Assembly: GCA_020632535.1 (NCBI GenBank)
Contig: JACKFJ010000001.1
Location: 218,890-282,889, forward strand
Origin: Candidatus Omnitrophota bacterium
GTDB taxonomy: Bacteria > Omnitrophota > Gorgyraeia > Zapsychrales > JANLHA01
Reading direction: 5' to 3'
Length of the DNA: 64,000 nt
Positions within the stretch are counted from its first letter, which is position 1. Every line of letters starts with the position of its first letter. The translations under genes were made by a program, and so were the position numbers. The notes beneath the pieces were generated by a model, which was not told the DNA's origin, did no database searches, and was given only the letters and a program-made list of their open reading frames with translations. This document shows positions 9,027 to 18,226 of this stretch, piece by piece.

Positions 9027-10676
9027 ATGAAAATTGCTAATAAAATTTCACTTCTTGTTCTATTCCTCATTGCCGCGCTTAGTATCAACACATTTATTGC
9101 CCTTCGACAAGTCAGCCGCCTTGGTGAGCAGTTGCGTGAAGTCACAGACAAGGATATTGTTCTGACGGATGTCGCCAACACGGTGACTCGCCGTTATCTT
9201 GAAAATGCCATCCGTTTTCAAGCGCTTCTTAATGTCGGTGATGAATTGGCTTTTGCGCAGATGCCGGAGTCTCGTCGCCAATATCTTTTAAGTCACATTA
9301 ATAAAATTAAGGAAAGTTTTGACCGTTTGACTCAAAAGACGGGCGAGTCTGTGATTAAAGGCAAGGAGTTGATTCGCGTAAAATTAAAAAATGCGGCGAA
9401 TCTTTCTCAAGAACAGGACTTGCGTCAAGCGGGTGTTTTTTTGGAAAAGATTGAGTCATCTTATGTCGAGTACGATAAACTTTTTAATGACATTTTTAAA
9501 ATGATCAGTGCCGGAAGTTATGAATTATCATTAGAAGATTTGGATCAAGTTCATCGCAAAGAAAAAATTCTGGCTGAAAAGATTACTTCATTGTTAGAGG
9601 AGATTCGGCAATCGACACAAAAAACTTTAGCCAAGGCTAGTCAAGAAGAAGGTCTCGCGCGAAAATCCTTGCTTCTGGGATTGTTAAGTATTGTCGTTGT
9701 CAGTTTGCTCACGTTTTTCTTTCTGATTCGCAGTTTCTCAAAACCATTAAAAGCTTTAGTTTTTGGGACGCAGCAGATTGGCTTGGGCAATTTTAAAGTG
9801 CGTTTGGATGCGCAAAGTCATGATGAGATTGGTGAAGTCAGTACGGCGTTTAATGCCATGACCAAACAGCTTGATGAATTTAAGGCTCAGCTGGAAAAAC
9901 AAAACGATGTTTTGTCAACCAATTTGGAATTAACCAAGAGTCAGAAGCAGGATATTGAAAAAGTAAATACCGAATTAGATCGTTTTGTTTACACGGTAAG
10001 TCATGATATTGCCGCGCCTTTGACCGGTATCGAGGGATACGGAGCATTTTTGGAACAGCATTATTTTGATCAATTTGACGAGAAAGGTCAGCGCAGTCTG
10101 AAAGGTTTGCGTCGCGCGACAAAGCATTTGACAGCAATGATCAAGGATTTGTTGGCTTTGACACGAATTTCACGTATTAAAAATCCGTATGAAAAGGTTG
10201 AGATTCGGGTGGTTTTGGACGCGGTTCTTGATCGGTTGGAATATCTGATTCGTGAAAGTCACGCGGAAATTGTTATTGCGGCTCCTATGCCCAGCATTGT
10301 TTGTGATCGTGTTAAATTGACCGAGGTTTTGCATAATGTTATTAATAATGCGATTAAATTTTCATCAAAGAAGAGTTCGCGTCCACGTGTTGAAATTCGC
10401 TGTGTTGAACAAGCTCACTTTTATGAATTTACAGTAGCTGATAATGGTATTGGCATCGCTTTTGAAGATAAAGAAAAGATTTACGGAATTTTTCAACGCT
10501 TGGATAATGCGGCTGAATATGACGGTACCGGCGCTGGTTTGAGTATTGCCAAGGCTGGTGTTGAAGATCACGGCGGCAAGATTTGGGTTGAATCAAGATT
10601 GGGTGAGGGCGCAACATTTCATTTCACAATACCCAAAGGTCTGCAAGCGACTTTGTCTAAGATTGTGGCATCTTGA
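9027..10676 (+). CDS. Sensor histidine kinase (two TM helices, HAMP, HisKA, HATPase_c)
   Basis: TM1 ISLLVLFLIAALSINTFIAL and TM2 LLLGLLSIVVVSLLTFFFLI. HAMP region (DEIGEVSTAFNAMTKQL), H-box FVYTVSHDIAAPL, and N/G boxes (NNAIKFS, DNGIGI, GTGAGLSI). Confidence 0.9.
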   Translation: MKIANKISLLVLFLIAALSINTFIALRQVSRLGEQLREVTDKDIVLTDVANTVTRRYLENAIRFQALLNVGDELAFAQMPESRRQYLLSHINKIKESFDRLTQKTGESVIKGKELIRVKLKNAANLSQEQDLRQAGVFLEKIESSYVEYDKLFNDIFKMISAGSYELSLEDLDQVHRKEKILAEKITSLLEEIRQSTQKTLAKASQEEGLARKSLLLGLLSIVVVSLLTFFFLIRSFSKPLKALVFGTQQIGLGNFKVRLDAQSHDEIGEVSTAFNAMTKQLDEFKAQLEKQNDVLSTNLELTKSQKQDIEKVNTELDRFVYTVSHDIAAPLTGIEGYGAFLEQHYFDQFDEKGQRSLKGLRRATKHLTAMIKDLLALTRISRIKNPYEKVEIRVVLDAVLDRLEYLIRESHAEIVIAAPMPSIVCDRVKLTEVLHNVINNAIKFSSKKSSRPRVEIRCVEQAHFYEFTVADNGIGIAFEDKEKIYGIFQRLDNAAEYDGTGAGLSIAKAGVEDHGGKIWVESRLGEGATFHFTIPKGLQATLSKIVAS

Positions 10677-10700
10677 CAAAATTGTTAAAAATCATAAAAT
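10673..10700 (+). promoter_or_regulatory. Candidate sigma70-type promoter for the moxR/bat operon (TTGACA, 16-nt spacer, TAAAAT)
   Basis: Perfect TTGACA at 10673-10678, overlapping the kinase stop codon, and TAAAAT at 10695-10700, 77 nt upstream of the moxR ATG. Confidence 0.45.
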
Positions 10701-10776
10701 ATTTTTTATCCTGCCTGTTAACTTATTCTCCATGTTTTTTTAAAAAATACAATTACCTTTAAAGAAGGAGTTATCG

Positions 10777-11772
10777 ATGGTCGAAAATAATATCAGTGCT
10801 ATTAATGAAAAGGTCAAAAAGGAAAGTAGCTTTCTGCAAGCCATTGTCATGGAAATGGACAAGGTTCTTATTGGCCAGCGATATTTATTGGATCGTCTTC
10901 TCGTCGGGCTTTTGGCCAACGGCCATGTTTTAGTCGAAGGTGTTCCGGGATTAGCCAAAACAACTGCCGTTAAAACACTTGCCGCGACGATTCACGCCAA
11001 ATTTCAGCGTTTGCAATTTACGCCGGACATGTTGCCCGCGGATTTGACGGGGACGCTTATTTATGATCAGCATACGGGTAAATTTAATGTCAAAAAGGGG
11101 CCGCTTTTTGCCAATTTTATTCTTGCTGATGAAATCAATCGTGCGCCTGCAAAAGTTCAAAGTGCTTTGCTGGAAGCAATGCAGGAGCGACAAATTACAA
11201 TTGGCGCCGAAACTTTGAAACTTGATGATCCATTTCTTGTTCTTGCGACACAGAATCCAATTGAACAGGAAGGGACTTATCCTTTGCCGGAAGCGCAGGT
11301 TGACCGTTTTATGCTCAAGGTCAAAATTACGTATCCTACCAAGGATGAAGAATTGCAGATTTTAAGGCGCATGTCACTGACGAAAACGGATTTTAAAATT
11401 CAAAATATTACGAGCACACAGGACATTATTCGCGCCCGTGGTGTTGTCGATGAAATTTATATGGATGAGAAGATTGAAAAGTACATTGTTGATATTGTTG
11501 AGGCGACACGGCATCCAGAGCAGTATAAACTTGCTGATCTTAAGGGTCTTATTCAGTATGGCGCGTCACCGCGCGCGACAATTTATTTGGCTGTGGCATC
11601 TAAGGCGTATGCGTTTTTGCAGGGACGTGGTTATGTGACGCCGCAGGATGTTAAGACAATTGGTCTGGATGTTTTGCGTCATCGTGTGATTGTGAGTTAT
11701 GAGGCGGAAGCGGAAGAAAAAACTTCGGAAGACATGATTCAACGTATTTTTAGTGAAGTCGAAGTTCCTTAA
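10777..11772 (+). CDS. moxR: MoxR-family AAA+ ATPase
   Basis: Walker A GVPGLAKT, Walker B ILADEINRA, and the full-length MoxR pattern (VLATQNPIEQEGTYPLPEAQVDRF). AAGGAG RBS. Confidence 0.92.
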   Translation: MVENNISAINEKVKKESSFLQAIVMEMDKVLIGQRYLLDRLLVGLLANGHVLVEGVPGLAKTTAVKTLAATIHAKFQRLQFTPDMLPADLTGTLIYDQHTGKFNVKKGPLFANFILADEINRAPAKVQSALLEAMQERQITIGAETLKLDDPFLVLATQNPIEQEGTYPLPEAQVDRFMLKVKITYPTKDEELQILRRMSLTKTDFKIQNITSTQDIIRARGVVDEIYMDEKIEKYIVDIVEATRHPEQYKLADLKGLIQYGASPRATIYLAVASKAYAFLQGRGYVTPQDVKTIGLDVLRHRVIVSYEAEAEEKTSEDMIQRIFSEVEVP

Positions 11773-11783
11773 TAGCGCAAATG

Positions 11784-11913
11784 ATCGGGACTGTTTGAAG
11801 TGACTTTCACGCTCAGACAGTCCTCGCGCAAGTCGCATAGGCATATGAGAAGCTTTTGAGTATGCGACTTGGCTGCGGAACTCGCGTAAAAAGTCACTTC
11901 AAGCAGTCCCGAT
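11784..11913. repeat. 130-bp nested-hairpin (MITE/REP-like) element with 23-bp terminal inverted repeats
   Basis: atcgggactgtttgaagtgactt (11784-11806) versus aagtcacttcaagcagtcccgat (11891-11913) matches 22/23 as a reverse complement. The inner inverted pair caagtcgcata (11829-11839) and tatgcgacttg (11861-11871) matches 11/11. Confidence 0.85.
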
Positions 11914-11922
11914 TTAGAGCAT

Positions 11923-12816
11923 ATGATTCCTAAAGACCTTTTTAAAAAAGTTAAACGCATTGAAATTACGACGTCGCGGCTTGTCACGGATGTTTTTGCC
12001 GGACAATATCATAGCGTTTTTAAGGGTCGTGGTTTGGAGTTTGACGAAGTGCGTGAATACTTTCCCGGCGATGATGTCCGTACCATCGACTGGAATGTTA
12101 CCGCCCGCACCGGTAAGCCGCATGTTAAGAAATATATTGAAGAACGCGAGATGACCGTGATGCTTCTTGTCGATGTGTCTCGTTCATGCCAATTTGCCAC
12201 GATTAATGAAATCAAAAGTCAACTTGCCGCAGAAATCGCGGCCTTATTGGCTTTCTCAGCGATCCGCAACAATGATAAAATTGGTCTTGTTATCTTTACG
12301 GATAAAATTGAAAAATTCATTCCTCCTGTCAAAGGGACAAAGAATGTTTTGCGTCTCATTCGTGAAATTCTTTATTTTAAGCCGGAGAATACAGCTACCA
12401 ATCTTTGCATGGCTTTGGATTATCTTAATAAGGTCATGACTCGTAAAAGTGTCGCGTTTTTAATTTCTGATTTTTTTGACAATGCTGATAGTATGGGGCG
12501 TTTAAAAAAGGCGTTAGCAATTGCGAATCGCCGTCATGATTTGATTGCGATTACACTCAATGATCGTCGGGAAAAAGAATTGCCAAGCTGTGGTTTGGTG
12601 ATGCTGGAAGACGCTGAAACCGGTCATATGACATTGGTTGATACGAGCGCGGCTACAGTCAGAGACGATTATGCTGCTAAAGCGGAAGGTCGATTTAAGA
12701 ATCGTCAGCGTTTATTTAATTCTGTGGGAATGGATCATATCAACATTTCAACCGACGCGTCATACAGCGATGAGATCATAAAATTCTTTTTAAAGCGTCG
12801 CAAGAGGAAGAGTTGA
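11923..12816 (+). CDS. DUF58 protein (vWA-like partner of MoxR)
   Basis: Typical DUF58 N-terminus (GQYHSVFKGRGLEFDEVREYFPGDDVRTIDWNVTAR) and its position directly after moxR. Confidence 0.85.
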   Translation: MIPKDLFKKVKRIEITTSRLVTDVFAGQYHSVFKGRGLEFDEVREYFPGDDVRTIDWNVTARTGKPHVKKYIEEREMTVMLLVDVSRSCQFATINEIKSQLAAEIAALLAFSAIRNNDKIGLVIFTDKIEKFIPPVKGTKNVLRLIREILYFKPENTATNLCMALDYLNKVMTRKSVAFLISDFFDNADSMGRLKKALAIANRRHDLIAITLNDRREKELPSCGLVMLEDAETGHMTLVDTSAATVRDDYAAKAEGRFKNRQRLFNSVGMDHINISTDASYSDEIIKFFLKRRKRKS

Positions 12817-12817
12817 T

Positions 12818-13339
12818 ATGTCCATCGAAGATATTAAAGATGTCCGTCCGCCAGTGGATTTGCCCGTTAGTTATTTTTTGTTATATCTTGCTTTGGGAAT
12901 TCTAGCCGTTATTGCTGTTGCTTTATTATTGCGCTGGTGGTTTAAAAAGATTAATGCAAAAAAAATTACAAAAGTTATTGTTAAAGCGCCCTGGGAAATC
13001 GCGCAGGAAGAATTGGCGAAATTGCAGAGTGATGATTTGCCCAGCCGTGGTGAAATTAAAGAATATTTTATTCGTTTGTCAGGGATTGTTCGGCATTATT
13101 TGGAACGTCGATTTTCTTTGAGCGCGCCTGAAATGACGACTGATGAATTTTTGTTTTATATCAAAACGATTTCGGTTTTGGATCAACAGCAAAAGGAATC
13201 GTTAAGAGAATTTTTAACGGCGAGCGATATGGTTAAATTTGCTCGTTATGGTTCATCGCAGACAGAAATGACAAATGCTTTTAATGTAGCCAAACGCTTG
13301 GTCGAAGAAACAACACTCACCCCATTACGAGTCCCATAG
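12818..13339 (+). CDS. DUF4381-like small membrane protein of the bat operon
   Basis: A single TM helix, then a helical domain ending in the DMVKFARY motif. Position between DUF58 and batA matches known bat operons. Confidence 0.6.
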   Translation: MSIEDIKDVRPPVDLPVSYFLLYLALGILAVIAVALLLRWWFKKINAKKITKVIVKAPWEIAQEELAKLQSDDLPSRGEIKEYFIRLSGIVRHYLERRFSLSAPEMTTDEFLFYIKTISVLDQQQKESLREFLTASDMVKFARYGSSQTEMTNAFNVAKRLVEETTLTPLRVP

Positions 13340-13394
13340 GGGCGTGGCAATCTAAACGAGATTGTTTCGTCGTCCTTTGGCTTCCTCGCAATGG
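13327..13394. repeat. Palindromic repeat element, family CCATTGCGAG/GGCAATCT (short copy)
   Basis: acgagtcccataggggcgtggcaatct matches 18272-18298 (acgagccccgtaggggcgtggcaatct) with 2 mismatches. ggcaatct (13346-13353), loop aaacg, agattgtt (13359-13366), ending cctcgcaatgg. It overlaps the DUF4381 stop codon. Confidence 0.85.
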
Positions 13395-13404
13395 AAATTA
13401 AGAT

Positions 13405-14400
13405 ATGATTTTTAAAGACCCTTTAGTTTTTCTTTTGATTCCTTTATTGCTGGCCATTATTATTTGGTCAAGACGTCGCCAGCGTACCGCAAGTTTGCGT
13501 TTCCCATCCAGTGATTTAGTTGCGACTTTACAGAAAACATGGAAAATCCGTTTTGCCGGCGTGCCGTTTTATTTGCGTCTGCTCGCTTTGGTGCTTCTTA
13601 TTTTTGCGTTGGCGGGCCCACGCGCGATTCTTGATGAATCAAAACATGAAAGCGAAGGGATTGACATTGTTTTAGCGATTGACGGGTCGGGGAGTATGGC
13701 TGCGGAAGATTTTACATTAAATGGCCGCAGATACAATCGTCTAGAAGTTGTCAAAAATGTTGTGAAAGATTTTATCGATGGTCGTCATTCGGATCGCATT
13801 GCTTTGATTGCGTTCGCTGGTTTGGCATATACGGTTAGTCCCCTGACAACAGATTATACATGGTTGAAAACAAATTTGGATCGCGTGACTTTGAATATGA
13901 TGGAGGATGGCACCGCAATTGGATCCGCGATTAGCGCGTCTTTGTCTCGATTACAAAAAAGTACGGCAAAAAGCAAAATTGTTATTCTCTTAACTGATGG
14001 AATTAATAATCGTGGCAAGGTTGATCCTATTTCTGCTGGGCAAGCAGCGCGGGCTTTGGGCGTAAAGATATATACGATTGGCGCGGGAACAAACGGTTTG
14101 GCGCCATATCCCGTTCAAGATATTTGGGGCAGGCGAGGGTATCAGAATGAACCTGTGAAAATTGATGAAATCACTTTAAAGCGGATTGCGAACATTACCA
14201 ATGGACAATATTATCGGGCGACGGATACAAATTCATTGCGGCAGATTTATCAGGAAATAGATCGTTTAGAAAAAACAAAAATTGAAGAAACTGGGTATCG
14301 AGAATATAAGGAGCTCTTTGGATATTTCCTCACGGTGGCTTTGCTTTTATTGCTTTTGGCTTTGGTTTTAGAGAATACCATATTTTTACGGTTGCCTTAA
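13405..14400 (+). CDS. batA: vWA-domain membrane protein BatA
   Basis: N-terminal TM pair, MIDAS motif VLAIDGSGSM, LLTDGINN, C-terminal TM helix, and operon position. Confidence 0.85.
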   Translation: MIFKDPLVFLLIPLLLAIIIWSRRRQRTASLRFPSSDLVATLQKTWKIRFAGVPFYLRLLALVLLIFALAGPRAILDESKHESEGIDIVLAIDGSGSMAAEDFTLNGRRYNRLEVVKNVVKDFIDGRHSDRIALIAFAGLAYTVSPLTTDYTWLKTNLDRVTLNMMEDGTAIGSAISASLSRLQKSTAKSKIVILLTDGINNRGKVDPISAGQAARALGVKIYTIGAGTNGLAPYPVQDIWGRRGYQNEPVKIDEITLKRIANITNGQYYRATDTNSLRQIYQEIDRLEKTKIEETGYREYKELFGYFLTVALLLLLLALVLENTIFLRLP

Positions 14401-14434
14401 ATATGAACGGGATCCCTGCGTTTGCGGGGATAAG

Positions 14435-15457
14435 ATGGGTTATAAAATGAAATTTGGCGCGATCCAAAATTTGATGTTGCTCTGGTTCTTAATCCCTTTG
14501 TGTATCTTTTTGTGGTGGGCGATTAAGAATAAAGAAAAACTGCTTGCGCGCTTTTCGCGGGAAGAGTTATTTAAACATATCACAAAGAGTTATGATCCAA
14601 AGCGTCATACTCTCAAAAATATTTTATTGGTTCTCATTGTCCTGTTTAGTTGTTTAGCGTTGGCGCGTCCACAATGGGGTTATGAAATGCGCGAAATCAA
14701 GCGCCGCGGTACCGACATTTTACTCGTGGTTGACGTGTCACGGAGCATGTTAACCAAAGATGTTAAGCCCAGTCGTTTGGAGCGGACCAAGTTAGCGATT
14801 AGGGATTTTATTAAAAAACTTAAAGGAGACCGTGTCGGTTTAATTGCCTTTGCTGGTGATGCCTTTTTGTCATGTCCTTTGACGGTGGATTATGGTGGTT
14901 TTTTATTGAGTTTGGAGGATTTGAGTTCCAGCACTGTGCCGCGAGGAGGTACGAATATCAGCGCGGCTTTACGTGAAGTGCTTAGGCAGTACGACATTAC
15001 GGCCGCAAAGTATAAGGCCGTCGTAATTATCACTGATGGGGAAAATTTGGAAGATGACCCGATGCCGATTGTCGGTATAGCAAAGGAAAAAGGCATTAAG
15101 ATTTTTACAATAGGCGTTGGGACTAAGGACGGGGAGCTGATACAGGTTACCGACGATAATGGTGTCACAGATTTTCTAAAGGATAGTAAGGGTAATATTG
15201 TAAAATCGCGATTAAACGAATCACTGTTGCAAGAAATTGCTTTGGCGACAGGCGGTGTTTATGTGCGCGCGAGTGGTATTCAGTTTGGCCTTAATTTGAT
15301 CTACGATCAAGAGCTTTCTAAATTTGACAAAATGGAATTTCAGAGCAAGCCGGAGCGAAGATATTTTGAGCGATTTCAGATTCCGCTAACATTGGCATTG
15401 CTGTTTTTTGTTTTTGAAATTCTAATCCCAACTCGAAAAAAGAGTGATGAGTCATGA
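14435..15457 (+). CDS. batB: vWA-domain membrane protein BatB
   Basis: TM helices, MIDAS motif LVVDVSRSM, IITDGEN, C-terminal TM helix. ATG at 14447 is an alternative start. Confidence 0.85.
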   Translation: MGYKMKFGAIQNLMLLWFLIPLCIFLWWAIKNKEKLLARFSREELFKHITKSYDPKRHTLKNILLVLIVLFSCLALARPQWGYEMREIKRRGTDILLVVDVSRSMLTKDVKPSRLERTKLAIRDFIKKLKGDRVGLIAFAGDAFLSCPLTVDYGGFLLSLEDLSSSTVPRGGTNISAALREVLRQYDITAAKYKAVVIITDGENLEDDPMPIVGIAKEKGIKIFTIGVGTKDGELIQVTDDNGVTDFLKDSKGNIVKSRLNESLLQEIALATGGVYVRASGIQFGLNLIYDQELSKFDKMEFQSKPERRYFERFQIPLTLALLFFVFEILIPTRKKSDES

Positions 15458-16299
15458 AAAGAGCAATTTTAGTTTTTATTTTCATTTTGAGTTTTACGAC
15501 TTTAGCTGTGGCGGCATCAAAAGAGAGTCATGTGAAAAAAGGAAACGCGCTGTACGAAAAGGGTCAATATGATAAGTCCTTACCAAGTTATGAGAAAGCT
15601 CTTGCGAAAGACCCTGAATCCCCAATTATCAATTTTGATTTAGGGACGGCGCTTTATAAGAATCAAAAATATGACGACGCGATTCCATATTTACAAAAGG
15701 GGCTTCTTAGCGATGATCCTGTTGTTAAATCAAAAGCGCAATTTAATCTTGGCAATGCCTTGTATCAGCGAGGGAAAGAATTAGGCGAGAAAAATGTCGA
15801 TCAGGCAATTTCCAGTTTAGAAGAATCGTTGCGGCAGTTTGCTTCAATTATGAATGTTGATGACAAGGATAAGGATGCTCAGTATAATCATGCGATTGTT
15901 GAGAAAGAACTTGATCGTTTAAGAAAACTTAAAGAAGAAAAGAAGAATAATCCAAGCAATAAGAATCAAGAGAATCAAGAAAAGCAAGATAAACAGGATC
16001 AGCAAAAGAATAAAGAACAAAATAACGAATCATCCAATGCGTCGGATAAAGATTCTGGGCAGCAAAAGGATGATCAGAGTAAGCAGGCCAGGATTCCAAA
16101 AGATCAAGGGTCGATGGACAATTCGAATGATGAAAATTATAAGAATGACGAAAACGAACCTGACCCCGCAGCTGGTGAAATGACGAAAGATGAAGCTAAG
16201 CAATTGCTTAAACATTTTGAACAAAGTGAAGGACCGACGCGATTATTAAATTTTGGTAATCAAAAGTCGCAAGATCGCCCGACATTGAAGGATTGGTAG
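15454..16299 (+). CDS. batC: TPR-repeat protein BatC with a low-complexity K/Q/N/D/E-rich tail
   Basis: Signal peptide, TPR-like repeats (GNALYEKGQYDKSLPSYEKAL, LGTALYKNQKYDDAIPYLQKGL), ATGA overlap with the batB stop, and operon position. Confidence 0.75.
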   Translation: MKRAILVFIFILSFTTLAVAASKESHVKKGNALYEKGQYDKSLPSYEKALAKDPESPIINFDLGTALYKNQKYDDAIPYLQKGLLSDDPVVKSKAQFNLGNALYQRGKELGEKNVDQAISSLEESLRQFASIMNVDDKDKDAQYNHAIVEKELDRLRKLKEEKKNNPSNKNQENQEKQDKQDQQKNKEQNNESSNASDKDSGQQKDDQSKQARIPKDQGSMDNSNDENYKNDENEPDPAAGEMTKDEAKQLLKHFEQSEGPTRLLNFGNQKSQDRPTLKDW

Positions 16300-16300
16300 A

Positions 16301-18226
16301 ATGAGGAATTTCTTAATATCATTGCGGACACAGGGATTGCTTATGGGACGGGGAGCCCAAGTTTCTTGGGTGACGCGGCAATCTCGAATAAGATTGCTTC
16401 GGCGGTCGCTTTGTTTTTTTCTTATAATGATAGCTGTTTTGATTTTGGGGATATTCCCTTTACGAGCCGAAGATATTAGTGTTGAAGCGACGGTCAATGC
16501 GACTACTGTTGAGTTAGGTGAATCCATACAATTGACATTAAATATTACCGGCGCAGATGATGTGCCCGCGGTACAGCTTCCCAAAGTTGATGGTCTAGAA
16601 ACCCGCTTTGCGGAAACCAAGACAAAAATATTTTTAAGTGGTAATAAAATGTTGCGCTCATCGGGACTTGTGTTTACCATCATTCCACTGAAGACGGGTC
16701 AATTTGAGATTTCCGCACTTACAATCCCTATTAAGGGTAAGGATTACACTACGAAACCTATCACAATTACGGTTGTAAACTCTGGGAATACAAATTCCAC
16801 GCAATTGGAAAGTCGAGGGACTTCTTCATCGTTACAGGACAAGATTTTTATTGTTCTTGGGACATCGAAAAAGGAATCGTACATTGGCGAACCTATTCCC
16901 ATGGTGATTAAGCTTTTTATCAATGACTTAAATGTCCAAAGCGTACAGTATCCTACATTTAGTCACGACGGATTTACGGTTGAGGATTTTACTGAACCAC
17001 GTCGTGGACAACAGACTTTGGGGGATATCACTTATCAAGTGATGGAATTTCGAACGCTTCTTTATCCGACTCGCACGGGTGACCTGTCGCTTGGTCCGGC
17101 AAAGTTAGGTGCTAACATATTGATTAAGAATTCTCGCCGTCAGGGGATCCCTGGTGAATTTAATAATATTTTTAGTGATGATCTTTTTGATAATTTTATT
17201 GGTCGTTATGAAACTAAGACCATCATGTTAGAGTCCGCGAATCTTGGTTTAAAGATATTGCCATTGCCGCAAGAAGGGAAGCCTGCGGATTTTTCAGGTG
17301 GGGTTGGTAAATATAATTTTGATATGACCGTGAGTCCATCGGAAATTAAAGTTGGGGATCCTTTGACTGTGCGGATGCGGATCGCTGGTGATGGCAATTT
17401 GAAAGCGGTCAATATGCCGATCATTAAGGATTCAAAAGATTTTAAAGTTTATGATCCTAAAATTGTTGAGCAAAATGGTGAAAAAGTTTTAGAACAGGTT
17501 ATTATCCCCAATCATGATAAAATCACGCAGTTGCCCACGACCAATTTTAGTTTTTTTGACCCAGTGGAAAAAATTTATCGCACTGTGACCAAGGGGCCGT
17601 TTCCACTTACTGTTTTGCCATTAGCTAAAGGGGAAGAAGCAAAAATTGTGGGCATGACAAGTCCATCGATGTCAGCTGAGCCGGTTGTGACGACACCCGA
17701 AGAATTGGGGCGGGATATCCATTTTATTAAAGAAGCTATGGGTCGTTTACAAAAGCGCGGATTCGTGATTTATCAATCGGGATGGTTTGTAGGGATGAGT
17801 GTTCTGGCTTTTTTGGTATGGATTGGGTTATTTCTTAATTATGAGTTTAGAAAAAAATTTACTGCGGATACTCGTTTAGTTCGTCGCTGGCAGGCACCGC
17901 GACAAGCAAAGAACGGTTTGAATCAGGCCGCGGCATTCTTAGCGCAAAATGATGTCCGCAATTTTTATGACACTCTTTATAAAACTTTGCAGGATTATTT
18001 TGCCAATAAATGCCATCTTCCGAGCGCGTCGATTACGGCCGACATTGTTGCTGAGCACTTTAAGAATCATAGTCGCAAAGAGGAATTTATAGATCACCTT
18101 AAGGTTATTTTTGCGGAATGCGAACTGGTGCGTTTTGCTTCAATTGATATCTCGGAAGAAAAGATGAAGACAACTTTGCGTCTTGCCGAGGAAATAATTG
18201 ATTTTTCTGAACGGAATACCAAATGA
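16301..18226 (+). CDS. batD: BatD-family oxygen-tolerance protein
   Basis: Large periplasmic beta-rich region, a late TM helix (WFVGMSVLAFLVWIGLFLNY), a C-terminal helical domain, and position after batC. The start is uncertain because codons 7-37 are a repeat element. ATG at 16427 is an in-frame alternative. Confidence 0.8.
   Translation: MRNFLISLRTQGLLMGRGAQVSWVTRQSRIRLLRRSLCFFLIMIAVLILGIFPLRAEDISVEATVNATTVELGESIQLTLNITGADDVPAVQLPKVDGLETRFAETKTKIFLSGNKMLRSSGLVFTIIPLKTGQFEISALTIPIKGKDYTTKPITITVVNSGNTNSTQLESRGTSSSLQDKIFIVLGTSKKESYIGEPIPMVIKLFINDLNVQSVQYPTFSHDGFTVEDFTEPRRGQQTLGDITYQVMEFRTLLYPTRTGDLSLGPAKLGANILIKNSRRQGIPGEFNNIFSDDLFDNFIGRYETKTIMLESANLGLKILPLPQEGKPADFSGGVGKYNFDMTVSPSEIKVGDPLTVRMRIAGDGNLKAVNMPIIKDSKDFKVYDPKIVEQNGEKVLEQVIIPNHDKITQLPTTNFSFFDPVEKIYRTVTKGPFPLTVLPLAKGEEAKIVGMTSPSMSAEPVVTTPEELGRDIHFIKEAMGRLQKRGFVIYQSGWFVGMSVLAFLVWIGLFLNYEFRKKFTADTRLVRRWQAPRQAKNGLNQAAAFLAQNDVRNFYDTLYKTLQDYFANKCHLPSASITADIVAEHFKNHSRKEEFIDHLKVIFAECELVRFASIDISEEKMKTTLRLAEEIIDFSERNTK
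16320..16410. repeat. Palindromic repeat element, family CCATTGCGAG/GGCAATCT (right arm truncated), inside the batD 5' region
   Basis: cattgcgga...gggacggggagccc...gacgcggcaatct (ggcaatct at 16377-16384), loop cgaata, agattgct (16391-16398). It aligns block by block with the left arm of the copy at 18244. Confidence 0.75.

Noticed and set aside
14401-14434. Small hairpin ccctgc-gttt-gcgggg between batA and batB.
   Set aside because: The stem is only 6-8 bp including a G-U pair, which is too short to call a repeat-family member or a terminator. It is noted only as consistent with the junction-hairpin theme of the operon.
16246-16683. Antisense or alternative-frame ORFs in the track. Examples: 16246-16683 (-), 34236-34673 (-), 57170-57622 (-), 63557-63925 (-), 50436-50804 (-), 42928-43257 (-), and many of 60-110 aa.
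   Set aside because: Each lies wholly inside, or antisense to, a long ORF with clear family motifs. Their translations are low-complexity or basic-residue-rich, with no recognisable motifs and no RBS. They are treated as shadow ORFs.
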